Shown piece after piece: positions 24,432 through 32,185 of a DNA stretch of 46,115 bases (positions within the stretch are counted from its first letter, which is position 1; the number at the start of each line of letters is the position of its first letter). Made by a program: the position numbers and the translations under genes. Origin of the DNA: a virus; UHGV virus genome UHGV-1356891; one strand, written 5' to 3'. The notes beneath the pieces are model-generated. The model was not told the DNA's origin. It worked only from the letters and a program-made list of their open reading frames with translations, and did no database searches.

Positions 24432-25211
24432 ATGAACGAGATTATGAACACAGCAACACAGACACCTATTGAGATAGCTTTAGGGATTGACGAAAACGGA
24501 ATGACCACGGCGAGAGCATTATATTCTTTCTTGGAATTAAGACCGGGAAATTTCGCAAGATGGTGCAAAGTCAATATCATAGAAAATCAGTTTGCCGAGG
24601 AAAACACGGACTATTTGCGATTCCTCTTTAATGAAGAGACGCCCACAGGCGGCAAAATTCAGCGAGAGGATTACAAGCTATCCGCCGGATTTGCCAAGAA
24701 GCTCTCCATGATGTCAAAGAGCGAGAAGGGAGAACAGGCCCGCCAGTATTTCGTCAAGGTAGAGGACGGAATGAAAGAGCTTGCAATCCGGTTTAGAAAC
24801 ATGTCCGTTGAATTGCGGGCGGTCATGGTGGTAGACCAGCGAGTAACGAAGGTAGAGGAAAAGACGGACGGACTGCGGCAGGAATTTGAAGATTTCAAGA
24901 ACGATATGCCTATTCTGGGCGTAGAAGAGGGAAAAATTACTACAGCAATAAGGCGCAAGGGTGTGGAATGTCTGGGAGGTAAACATTCCAATGCATATAA
25001 CAATAAGAGTTTGCGCGCTACATTGTATTCAGATATGCATCGCCAGCTTAAAAGGGAATTTGGCGTGAGTACATACAAGGCAATCAAGCGGAATCAGACC
25101 GATTTAGCAGTACAGATTATCGAAGCGTATAAGCCGCCACTGGTGATTGCAGAACGCATTGAGAGTGAGAACGCACAGGAAAATCTTTTTGACGAGAATA
25201 TTGCAATCTAA
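24432..25211 (+). CDS. ant: Phage antirepressor (AntA/KilAC-like N-terminus plus ORF6C C-terminal domain)
   Basis: LSAGFAKKLSMMSKSEKGEQARQYFVKVE is KilAC/Ant-like. C-terminal AIRRKGVECLGGKHSNAYNNKSLRATLYSDMHRQLKREFGVSTYKAIKRNQTDLAVQIIEAYK is ORF6C-like. Confidence 0.7.
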   Translation: MNEIMNTATQTPIEIALGIDENGMTTARALYSFLELRPGNFARWCKVNIIENQFAEENTDYLRFLFNEETPTGGKIQREDYKLSAGFAKKLSMMSKSEKGEQARQYFVKVEDGMKELAIRFRNMSVELRAVMVVDQRVTKVEEKTDGLRQEFEDFKNDMPILGVEEGKITTAIRRKGVECLGGKHSNAYNNKSLRATLYSDMHRQLKREFGVSTYKAIKRNQTDLAVQIIEAYKPPLVIAERIESENAQENLFDENIAI

Positions 25212-25278
25212 ACCCGCATATGCTATAATGCCAGTAGGCAAAGAGATAGTATGTTCCATTGTGAACGACAACGAAAAA

Positions 25279-25304
25279 CCCCGGATGGCCGTCCGGGGTT
25301 TTTC
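25279..25304. terminator. Bidirectional rho-independent terminator CCCCGGATGGCCGTCCGGGG flanked by an A-tract and a T-tract
   Basis: GC-rich hairpin followed by TTTTTC on the + strand, with AAAAA preceding it so a T-tract is read on the minus strand. Serves ant on + and the small peptide gene on minus. Confidence 0.7.
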
Positions 25305-25354
25305 TATTCCCTGTTTTGGAGCGGCAGGGCTTAGAACCGCAGGCTAGTTACCGA

Positions 25355-25441
25355 CTATTTGTCGCCGTCTAACCATTTGTTGATGAGGTGGCAAACCACA
25401 CCAGCCACAACAGCGACAAGAAAAGATAGTATGAACTCCAT
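25355..25441 (-). CDS. 28-aa hydrophobic peptide MEFILSFLVAVVAGVVCHLINKWLDGDK (type I toxin-like)
   Basis: Minus strand ATG at 25441-25439 with RBS AAGGAAGGGGG and stop at 25357-25355. TM helix plus a short charged C-terminus. Has its own terminator and an upstream extended -10 element (TGATATAAT). Confidence 0.45.
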   Translation of the reverse strand: MEFILSFLVAVVAGVVCHLINKWLDGDK

Positions 25442-25459
25442 TGTGTACACCCCCTTCCT

Positions 25460-25560
25460 TTACCTGTCTAGGGGCGGTAACGTTGGATATTATATCACAC
25501 ATTCTCTCTAAAAGATATACTTTCCCGATACTTTTATAAGTCTTTGACGACCTGTCAAGG
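25460..25560. promoter_or_regulatory. Divergent promoter region. Minus-strand extended -10 TGaTATAAT drives the small peptide gene. The + strand carries a palindromic TTGACgacctGTCAA element (face-to-face -35-like hexamers) ahead of the 25610 gene.
   Basis: Read directly from the sequence. Confidence 0.4.
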
Positions 25561-25609
25561 GCTTATTTTTTATGGGATAATTGAAATATAAAAGAACGGA
25601 GGGGATATA

Positions 25610-26080
25610 ATGCCGCAACCATTTATCAATCCAAACTATCTTAATGCATATCCAAACGCATACCCGTATCAACCGCAGATGCAACCACCTATGGACCGAT
25701 TGCAGCAGCTACAGGCACCATACCAGATGCCGCAACAGACGCAGGTACCACAGGTACCGCAGACCAATCAGGGAATATTATGGGTGCAGGGTGAGGCCGG
25801 CGCAAAGTCGTATTTAGTAGCGCCCAGCACATCCATATTGCTGATGGACAGCGAGAACGAGTATTTTTATATTAAGACAACCGATGCGGCAGGGATGCCA
25901 ACACTCCGCACTTTTGAATATAAAGAGATTGTAAATGGTCAGAAGAAGGAAATTGCACCGGCTGAAAATCTTGACGAAAAATATGTTACCAGAAACGAGT
26001 ACCAGGATTTAAAGGCAAAATATGATGAATTGTACGGCCTTTTAGAATCCAGCACAGCACCAAGCGGAAAGGGGAAATAA
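25610..26080 (+). CDS. Cargo protein with a Pro/Gln/Tyr-rich low-complexity N-terminus and a globular C-terminal domain
   Basis: MPQPFINPNYLNAYPNAYPYQPQMQPPM.... RBS GGAGGGGATATAATG. Confidence 0.45.
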   Translation: MPQPFINPNYLNAYPNAYPYQPQMQPPMDRLQQLQAPYQMPQQTQVPQVPQTNQGILWVQGEAGAKSYLVAPSTSILLMDSENEYFYIKTTDAAGMPTLRTFEYKEIVNGQKKEIAPAENLDEKYVTRNEYQDLKAKYDELYGLLESSTAPSGKGK

Positions 26081-26083
26081 TAT

Positions 26084-26332
26084 ATGAATCCATTATTTAG
26101 TATGTTGGGCGGCGGCTCGCCAATGGGCGGCATGGTGCCTGGAATGGGCGGAGGAAACAACCCAATGCAGATGATTCAGAAGTTTATGGAATTTAAGAAC
26201 AACTTCAAGGGGAATCCCCAGGAAGAAGTGCAGAAGATGCTCCAGTCTGGTCAGATTACACAGCAACAGTTAGACCAAGCCCAGCAGATGGCCCAGCAGT
26301 TTCAGCAGATGCTTGGAGGCATGAAAAAATAG
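26084..26332 (+). CDS. Gly/Met-rich plus Gln-rich small protein
   Basis: GGGSPMGGMVPGMGGGNNPMQM then QQQLDQAQQMAQQFQQM. Confidence 0.45.
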   Translation: MNPLFSMLGGGSPMGGMVPGMGGGNNPMQMIQKFMEFKNNFKGNPQEEVQKMLQSGQITQQQLDQAQQMAQQFQQMLGGMKK

Positions 26333-26385
26333 TACATAAATCAATGCGCATGATTTTGTAAATAAATTTAAAGGAGTAAATATTT

Positions 26386-27108
26386 ATGGAAAGTGGTTAC
26401 TCTTTAGCGGACATTGCAGCCGCTACAGGAAACGGAAATAACAGAAATGGTGATGGTATGTGGGGAGATTGGATTTGGATTATCGTTCTCTTCCTGGTTC
26501 TCTTCCTGTTTGCTGGGGGAGGCTGGGGCAATGGCTTCGGCGGCAACGGTGCAAATGGCGCGGGACTCCAGGGTCTTGCTACCAGAGCAGATATCAATGA
26601 GGGCTTTGCTTTGAACGGTATAGAAAACGGAATTAGGGGTATCCAGCAGGGTATCTGTGACAGCACATACGCGCTGAACAACACTATCACCAGCGGATTC
26701 AACGGTGTTGACCGCAGCTTATGCCAGATGGGCTATCAGCTCCAGGATTGCTGCTGCCAGACACAGCGCGCAATTGACGGCGTAAACTACAATCTGGCTA
26801 CACAGTCATGTGATACCAGAAATACAATCCAGAACGCAACAAGGGATTTACTGGATAACAACAACAGCAACACCAGGGCTATCCTTGACTTCTTGACCCA
26901 GGACAAGATTTCCAGTCTCCAGGCAGAAAATCAGACTCTTAGGTTCCAGGCAAGCCAGACTGCCCAGAACGGCTTTATTGATGCAGTTGGTAACACCATC
27001 GTTGCACAGCTTCGTCAGCCGCAGCCTGTACCGGCTTATACGGTTCCAGCGCCATATCCATACGCATCTAACTGCGGTTGTGGATGCAATACTGGATGCG
27101 GATGCTAA
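26386..27108 (+). CDS. Membrane-anchored Gly/Asn-rich protein with a Cys-rich core and a CGCGCNTGCGC C-terminal tail
   Basis: TM segment IWIIVLFLVLFLFAGGGW, GNGFGGNGANGAG repeats, CCCQ, and C-terminal NCGCGCNTGCGC. Confidence 0.45.
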   Translation: MESGYSLADIAAATGNGNNRNGDGMWGDWIWIIVLFLVLFLFAGGGWGNGFGGNGANGAGLQGLATRADINEGFALNGIENGIRGIQQGICDSTYALNNTITSGFNGVDRSLCQMGYQLQDCCCQTQRAIDGVNYNLATQSCDTRNTIQNATRDLLDNNNSNTRAILDFLTQDKISSLQAENQTLRFQASQTAQNGFIDAVGNTIVAQLRQPQPVPAYTVPAPYPYASNCGCGCNTGCGC

Positions 27109-27314
27109 ATCGAAACGAGCAGTTTTATGATAATCTTGCTTTGTATGCAACTGCATTGCAAATGATAGATTTGCTTTTACTCGTTGGTGACGTTTCTAAT
27201 AATGATATATTAGAGGCGTTGCAACAGCAAAATAAAGAATACATGGAGAAGATTATCGACCAAAACAACCGTATATTGCGTATCTTGTCCGAAAAGGACA
27301 TGTCTACTGAATAG
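27102..27314 (+). CDS. Small coiled-coil protein
   Basis: ATG overlaps the stop of the preceding gene. Confidence 0.35.
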   Translation: MLNRNEQFYDNLALYATALQMIDLLLLVGDVSNNDILEALQQQNKEYMEKIIDQNNRILRILSEKDMSTE

Positions 27315-27380
27315 TAGTATTACACACATGGAGGGGTAGGCACAGGCTTGCCCTTCTGTGCATATAAGGAGGATTTTATT

Positions 27381-27779
27381 ATGGCAGATTTTGTAACTGC
27401 TGGCACACAGACTGTTGAAGTCAATGCAAGTGTTTTGTTTGCAGCAAACCGGATATATTCTTGCAATTGTCCAAACATAAGGCATGAACCACTCTCTGGT
27501 AGGGTAGTTTTACTTCCTGGCCTGTACCGTGTAGGCTTTAACGGAAACTTTTCCGCAGCCGCAGCAGGTGACGTTATTTTTGAAGTACAGCAGGACGGCG
27601 AAGGCATTCCTGGTGCAAGAATCCAGAACACAGTTGCCGCCGGCGCAACAATCAATGGAGCAGCAACTGTAGAAGTAAGGGTGTGCAAACCATGTTGCGC
27701 TACCTTATCGGTAAAAAACGTTGGAGCCACAGCGGCGACAGTATCAGACGCTAACCTTGTTGTTAGCAGAATAGGTTAA
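27381..27779 (+). CDS. BclA C-terminal-domain-like (C1q/TNF-like jelly-roll) protein
   Basis: Glycine/alanine-rich beta-strand pattern ...LPGLYRVGFNGNFSAAAAGDVIFEVQQDGEGIPGARIQNTVAAGATINGAATVEV...ANLVVSRIG resembles exosporium BclA-CTD or phage fiber tips. Start trimmed to MADFVTAG. Confidence 0.4.
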   Translation: MADFVTAGTQTVEVNASVLFAANRIYSCNCPNIRHEPLSGRVVLLPGLYRVGFNGNFSAAAAGDVIFEVQQDGEGIPGARIQNTVAAGATINGAATVEVRVCKPCCATLSVKNVGATAATVSDANLVVSRIG

Positions 27780-27791
27780 GGGGGTAAGGCT

Positions 27792-28331
27792 ATGAGTTAT
27801 AAGATGATGCAGAATATCCACGAAGAGCTGGATAAGATTGCGGAAAAGGGCCTGAACACTAGCAACCTTGAAACCGCATACAAACTGATTGACATGTGGA
27901 AAGACATGGAAAATGTGGAGTACTGGAAGTGCAAAGAAGAGTACTACAATCAGGTAATGGACGAAATGGACGGCGGAGAATATAGCGAAGCGCGTCGCAA
28001 GCGCGATAGCATGGGACGTTATAGCCGTGCTGATGGAATGTCGCAGGACTATGATAGTGACAGTTCTTATCGCGGCACACGCGGGAAACATTACGTCAGA
28101 GGACACTACAGCCGTGCGACCGGTCCGGCCTATGACGACTACATGAATCAGAAGCAGAGCTACAGAAGCGGCGGGAAAGATGAAGATTGCAAGCGGCGTA
28201 TGCTTGCAGCCCTGGAAGAGCATATGGACGAACTGACAGAAGAATTAGGCGAAATGTCGAAAGATGCTGACTGCCGGGAAGAAAGAGAAACCATGAAAAG
28301 GTATATTGAAAAGCTTCGTAATATGATGTAA
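27792..28331 (+). CDS. Charged low-complexity protein rich in R, Y, D and S, with a helical N-terminal domain
   Basis: RYSRADGMSQDYDSDSSYRGTRGKHYVRGHYSRATGPAYDDYMNQ. Resembles spore-coat-type composition. Confidence 0.4.
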   Translation: MSYKMMQNIHEELDKIAEKGLNTSNLETAYKLIDMWKDMENVEYWKCKEEYYNQVMDEMDGGEYSEARRKRDSMGRYSRADGMSQDYDSDSSYRGTRGKHYVRGHYSRATGPAYDDYMNQKQSYRSGGKDEDCKRRMLAALEEHMDELTEELGEMSKDADCREERETMKRYIEKLRNMM

Positions 28332-28387
28332 TAAATTGGCGGTGGGAAAAGTCCTGCCGCCTTTTAATTGTATTATAAACGAAATCA

Positions 28388-28870
28388 CTAATTGCTTTTT
28401 CGCTCATTGTACCATTTTAAAAAATCTCCAAATATCTGATTTTCGGCAGTTTCACGCGCTTTAATAGCCTCTTGTTTGTCTGCAAAGCTTCCAAGATAAA
28501 AGCGTTTTCCTTGAAAGTATATGTAAGCAATCCAAGTATCTGATTTACCTTTCTGGCGATGCAAAGATACTCCTCTATGCCCAGACGATGTATTTGACTG
28601 GGGCTTTTTAGAGGTAATGCGGGATATGTTTGTTCCCAAAACTTGACCGACCTTATCAGGCAATGGCCTGTTTTTAAGATTCCTGGCTTTATAGCAACCG
28701 CATGAAATAATTTCTCCACCAGTGACCAGACCAATACGCCTTATAATATGCTTCCCGCATAGGATGCATTCAAATTCCCACAAATAGCTTCCGTTCTTCT
28801 TATCTCCGGTACACCTAATTGCCTTAAGATATCCATATGTTTGTCCCGATATATCTTTTTTTGGTGCCAT
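28388..28870 (-). CDS. HNH endonuclease with an AP2 domain (second homing-endonuclease-like gene)
   Basis: CILCGKHIIRRIGLVTGGEIISCGCYKARN is an HNH Zn finger. GVSLHRQKGKSDTWIAYIYFQGKRFYLGSFADKQEAIKARETAE is an AP2 domain. Confidence 0.65.
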   Translation of the reverse strand: MAPKKDISGQTYGYLKAIRCTGDKKNGSYLWEFECILCGKHIIRRIGLVTGGEIISCGCYKARNLKNRPLPDKVGQVLGTNISRITSKKPQSNTSSGHRGVSLHRQKGKSDTWIAYIYFQGKRFYLGSFADKQEAIKARETAENQIFGDFLKWYNERKSN

Positions 28871-28878
28871 ACTATCTC

Positions 28879-29169
28879 CTATATTAAATCATCCACCTCA
28901 CAGTCAAGGGCTTTTGCCAATGACAAGGCATTACGCAGGGTCATGTTGCCAAGGTCCCTTTCTCCAGATTCAAATTTCTGTATCTGACGGATATTCATTC
29001 CTGCGGCGTCAGCTACTTGCTGCTGAGTCATTCCGGCCAAAGAACGTTGATACAATAGTTTGTTGATATTATTGTTATGGCAATCCCTGCCGTAACTGGA
29101 TGCGGAGCAGGCCCCACAAAGTCCATCTGTCCTAATACAATCTGGGTATCTTCTCATGATTTCCTCCAT
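28879..29169 (-). CDS. Zn-finger plus XRE-HTH transcriptional regulator
   Basis: N-terminal CIRTDGLCGACSASSYGRDCH. HTH LAGMTQQQVADAAGMNIRQIQKFESG. Confidence 0.6.
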   Translation of the reverse strand: MEEIMRRYPDCIRTDGLCGACSASSYGRDCHNNNINKLLYQRSLAGMTQQQVADAAGMNIRQIQKFESGERDLGNMTLRNALSLAKALDCEVDDLI

Positions 29170-29498
29170 TATTTTATGATATACAGCACTTCCGCATCTT
29201 TTAAAATAACTTCTCCCGCATCAAAACCGTACTCGTAATTATAGCCTGCAATCAGAGCAATGTAGGAACCAAAATATCCGTTACCTTTAAGAGATTCGGC
29301 GGCTTCTGGGGTGTTTAAATCAATGGCGCATACACCGTTCAGTTCTTCGTCTGTTTCCTCTTCGTCAATCCACACCTTCGATTTATGGTCCATAGGTCCG
29401 AGTTTAAATGGCAGTTCCTGAATGCGGATTCCAAACCTACTATATTTAATATCCCAATCGTTGCTATCTATCATTTCTTTTAACTCGGCTACTGTCAT
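29169..29498 (-). CDS. Acidic hypothetical protein, co-operonic with the XRE regulator (ATGA overlap)
   Basis: 109 aa, rich in D and E, no recognisable motif. Confidence 0.4.
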   Translation of the reverse strand: MTVAELKEMIDSNDWDIKYSRFGIRIQELPFKLGPMDHKSKVWIDEEETDEELNGVCAIDLNTPEAAESLKGNGYFGSYIALIAGYNYEYGFDAGEVILKDAEVLYIIK

Positions 29499-29557
29499 TG
29501 TTTTTATCCCCTTTCTTTATCACTGATTATATTATGCGCCCAAAAGGGCGTAAAGTC

Positions 29558-29643
29558 AATGGTATATTTAAAATGTGGGGACGATTATTTTCTGGGAATA
29601 CGGTAAAATGGGAGTAGGAATAAGCAGAAAGGGTGAAAACATG
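29558..29643 (+). promoter_or_regulatory. Conserved leader, copy 2. Same blocks as 16907-16993. Contains a 14-codon uORF MWGRLFSGNTVKWE at 29573-29617.
   Basis: AATGGTATATTTAAAATGTGGGGACGATT...CGGTAAAATGGGAGTAGGA...GGGTGAAAACATG. Confidence 0.5.
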
Positions 29644-29826
29644 GTAAAAGACGGTTGGGTGTACTGCCCTATATGTAACAATAAAACTCGGACTAAAATA
29701 CGACCGGATACGGTTGCGAAAAACCTCCCCGTATTTTGCCCTGTATGCAAGAATACATCCATAATGAATATTGCAAAAGGAAAAGCAAATGATTTAGACA
29801 AAAGTGGTTTATCACCTGCAAAATAA
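29641..29826 (+). CDS. Cys-rich KTR-family Zn-ribbon protein
   Basis: GWVYCPICNNKTRTKIRPDTVAKNLPVFCPVCKN has the CxxC-NKTRT...CxxC signature of the Cys_rich_KTR family. The track ORF begins at a GTG at 29575 inside the conserved leader. The ATG at 29641 has RBS AGGGTGAAAAC. Confidence 0.6.
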   Translation: MVKDGWVYCPICNNKTRTKIRPDTVAKNLPVFCPVCKNTSIMNIAKGKANDLDKSGLSPAK

Positions 29827-29830
29827 CTTT

Positions 29831-29895
29831 AGAGCCAGACGCCAGACGCAGAGCCAAACAGATTACAGCAATGTAGTTTGTTTGGCTTTTTCTTA
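29831..29895 (+). terminator. Conserved 26-nt element TAGAGCCAGACGCCAGACGCAGAGCC followed by a terminator hairpin GCCAAACA...TGTTTGGC and a T-tract
   Basis: 8-bp stem at 29854-29861 and 29880-29887, then TTTTTCTT. The same 26-nt element recurs at 35409-35435. Confidence 0.6.
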
Positions 29896-30180
29896 TATTT
29901 GACCTCCCTCCTATAGCACATGTCCTTAAAAGAAACAGGTTCTAGCGCATAGCGTGAACAGCCTGGAGGTTGAAAAGCGGATGCAATTTCCGGCATGTGC
30001 ATTCCTTCTAAAGGCTATCCTCCTCCCGTAATGGAGATAGAAAAAACTTGTCAGTTATGACCTGGACGAAACTGAAAAATGATACGGCATTGTTTTGGTG
30101 GGATATCGGCGGGCTGACAGCATTTCAGAGTACATATGCGGCGCAAAAAGGCGTGACGAGGAGTTTTCAAGAAATGCAAT

Positions 30181-30253
30181 CGGGAAATAGCTCAGTTGGT
30201 AGAGCAGCAGCCTTATAAGCTGTGTGTCAGAGGTTCGATTCCTCTTTTCCCGA
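30181..30253 (+). tRNA. tRNA with anticodon TAT (tRNA-Ile, AUA-decoding) by manual fold
   Basis: Acceptor CGGGAAA/TTTCCCG. D-arm GCTC-AGTTGGTA-GAGC. Anticodon arm GCAGC-CTTATAA-GCTGT. Variable loop GTGTC. T-arm AGAGG-TTCGATT-CCTCT. Discriminator A. No encoded CCA. Confidence 0.7.
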
Positions 30254-30402
30254 TGTAGTCGGGTCGCTCCCGGATGATGTGAGAGCACGCAGAATGCCTC
30301 ACAGAAAATGACAATGCCTGCTGAAAACTACTGCGATAGTTCCAGGGACTAGGACACGGGACTGAAATTCGCAGTGTGACAATCTAAGCAGGAACTGCAT
30401 CA

Positions 30403-30491
30403 TGAGGATTCGCCAAGCGGTTAAGGCACCGGGTTTTGACCCCGGCAAAGAAGGAACACTCTTTACGCTGGTTCAAATCCAGCATCCTCAG
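30403..30491 (+). tRNA. Type-II (long variable arm, Ser-like body, G73) tRNA whose 7-nt anticodon loop TTTTGAC gives an apparent anticodon TTG (UUG)
   Basis: Acceptor TGAGGAT/ATCCTCA. D-arm GCC-AAGCGGTTAAG-GGC. Anticodon arm CCGGG-TTTTGAC-CCCGG. Variable arm AAAGA-AGGAACAC-TCTTT. T-arm GCTGG-TTCAAAT-CCAGC. Discriminator G. Confidence 0.6.
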
Positions 30492-30582
30492 TTTTGGACA
30501 CGCCAAGTCCTACAAAATGGCAAACCGTTGGTGGACGGTTACACACCTACAAATAACCTAATAACGGAAAAGGAGAATCATC

Positions 30583-31206
30583 ATGAAAACCGAAGAATTA
30601 AAAGCACAAGGATTGACAGAAGAACAGATATCTTTTGTTATGGCTGAAAATGGGAAAGACCTCAAAAAGTTGCAGAAAGAAAACGACAATCTGAGCGCAG
30701 ACCGGGATACCTGGAAAGAAAAAGCAGAAGCAGCAGAAACAACGCTGAAAGGCTTTGAAGGGGTTGACCTGGAAACGATGCAGAGGGAAATATCTGACTG
30801 GAAACAGAAAGCTACGGAAGCCGAGAAAAAAGCCCAGGAGCAGCTTTACGCGCGTGACTTTTCGGACGCTCTGAAAACGGAATTTGAGGGTATTAAGTTT
30901 TCCAGCGAAGCGGCTAAACGTGCAATTATGGCAGAAGTAAAAGAGGCCGGTTTAAAACTGAAAGATGGTAAAATTCTGGGGCTGAATGACCTTTTGTCTC
31001 AAATGAAAGAAAAAGATGCTTCGGCTTTTGTTGATGATGCACAGCAGCAGGTACAGCAGAACATGGCGAGGTTTACCGCACCAGTAGGTAAGCAGAATAC
31101 GCCAGGAACTACGACACGAAAGGATATTGAAGCGATTAAAGACCCGTCTGAGCGCCAGTCTGCAATCGCCAGTAACCTACATTTATTCGGTAAAGGAGAA
31201 CAGTAA
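30583..31206 (+). CDS. Scaffolding protein
   Basis: Acidic coiled-coil 207-aa protein (EEQISFVMAENGKDLKKLQKEND...) immediately upstream of the major capsid gene. Confidence 0.6.
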   Translation: MKTEELKAQGLTEEQISFVMAENGKDLKKLQKENDNLSADRDTWKEKAEAAETTLKGFEGVDLETMQREISDWKQKATEAEKKAQEQLYARDFSDALKTEFEGIKFSSEAAKRAIMAEVKEAGLKLKDGKILGLNDLLSQMKEKDASAFVDDAQQQVQQNMARFTAPVGKQNTPGTTTRKDIEAIKDPSERQSAIASNLHLFGKGEQ

Positions 31207-32102
31207 TGGCAGCAAAAGCCAATTTAATTACAAGTGCAGACATACAGGTTACGGCTCGCGAAATTGATTTTGTAACACGCTTTGAAAGGAACTGGCAGCA
31301 CCTCCGGGATATCCTGGGGATTATGCGTCCTATTAAGAAAACACCGGGCGCGGTGCTGAAAAGCAAATATGCAGAAGGAACTTTACAGAGCGGTGCTGTA
31401 GGCGAGGGAGAGGAAATCCCTTACAGCAAATTTACAGTAAAGGAAAAGACATATGCGGAAATGACCATAGAGAAGTATGCAAAGGCCGTTTCCATTGAAG
31501 CAATTAAAGACCACGGCTATGAAAATGCCGTCCAGATGACAGACGACGAATTTTTGTTCCAGCTTCAATCGGATGTAACAGAACGATTCTATACATATCT
31601 GAATACCGGTACACTTACCGGAACAGAAACCACTTTCCAGATGGCCCTTGCTATGGCAAAAGGAATGGTAGAAAACAAATTCAAACAGATGCACCGGAAT
31701 GTTACAGGTGTGGTTGGGTTTGCGAATATTCTGGATGTATACCAGTACTTGGGGGCTGCTGAAATCACTGTGCAGAATCAGTTTGGTTTCCAGTATCTCA
31801 AAGATTTCATGGGATTCAATACAATCTTCCTGCTGTCCGACTCGGAAATTGCAAGAGGAAAAATAATAGCTACACCAGTGGAAAACATTGTAATGTACTA
31901 TATTGACCCAAATGAAAGCGATTTTGCACGGGCTGGACTGGTATATACCACAGGGGCCGGAGAAACAAACCTTATCGGATTCCACACCCAGGGTAATTAC
32001 AACACCGCTGTTTCCGAGGCATTTGCAATTATGGGATTAACTCTGTTTGCGGAATACCTTGATGGTATTGCAGTTATCACCATCAGCGCGGGGGGAGCGT
32101 AG
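31206..32102 (+). CDS. Major capsid protein
   Basis: 298 aa. Follows the scaffold gene with an ATGA-type junction. Assigned by synteny. Confidence 0.6.
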   Translation: MAAKANLITSADIQVTAREIDFVTRFERNWQHLRDILGIMRPIKKTPGAVLKSKYAEGTLQSGAVGEGEEIPYSKFTVKEKTYAEMTIEKYAKAVSIEAIKDHGYENAVQMTDDEFLFQLQSDVTERFYTYLNTGTLTGTETTFQMALAMAKGMVENKFKQMHRNVTGVVGFANILDVYQYLGAAEITVQNQFGFQYLKDFMGFNTIFLLSDSEIARGKIIATPVENIVMYYIDPNESDFARAGLVYTTGAGETNLIGFHTQGNYNTAVSEAFAIMGLTLFAEYLDGIAVITISAGGA

Positions 32103-32185
32103 CCGCCAGTAATCTATCCCTGGACGCTGACGGCGAAGATTTGACAGGGAGCAAGAAAGCAAGAAGCAGATAAGGAGGAACCGGC

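Noticed and set aside
25147-25347. ORF-track + strand ORF overlapping the end of ant and the terminator hairpin
   Set aside because: It spans the intrinsic terminator. It has no RBS. It is out of frame with ant.
30055-30288. Minus-strand 77-aa ORF overlapping tRNA-Ile
   Set aside because: It is antisense to a well-folded tRNA and has no RBS.
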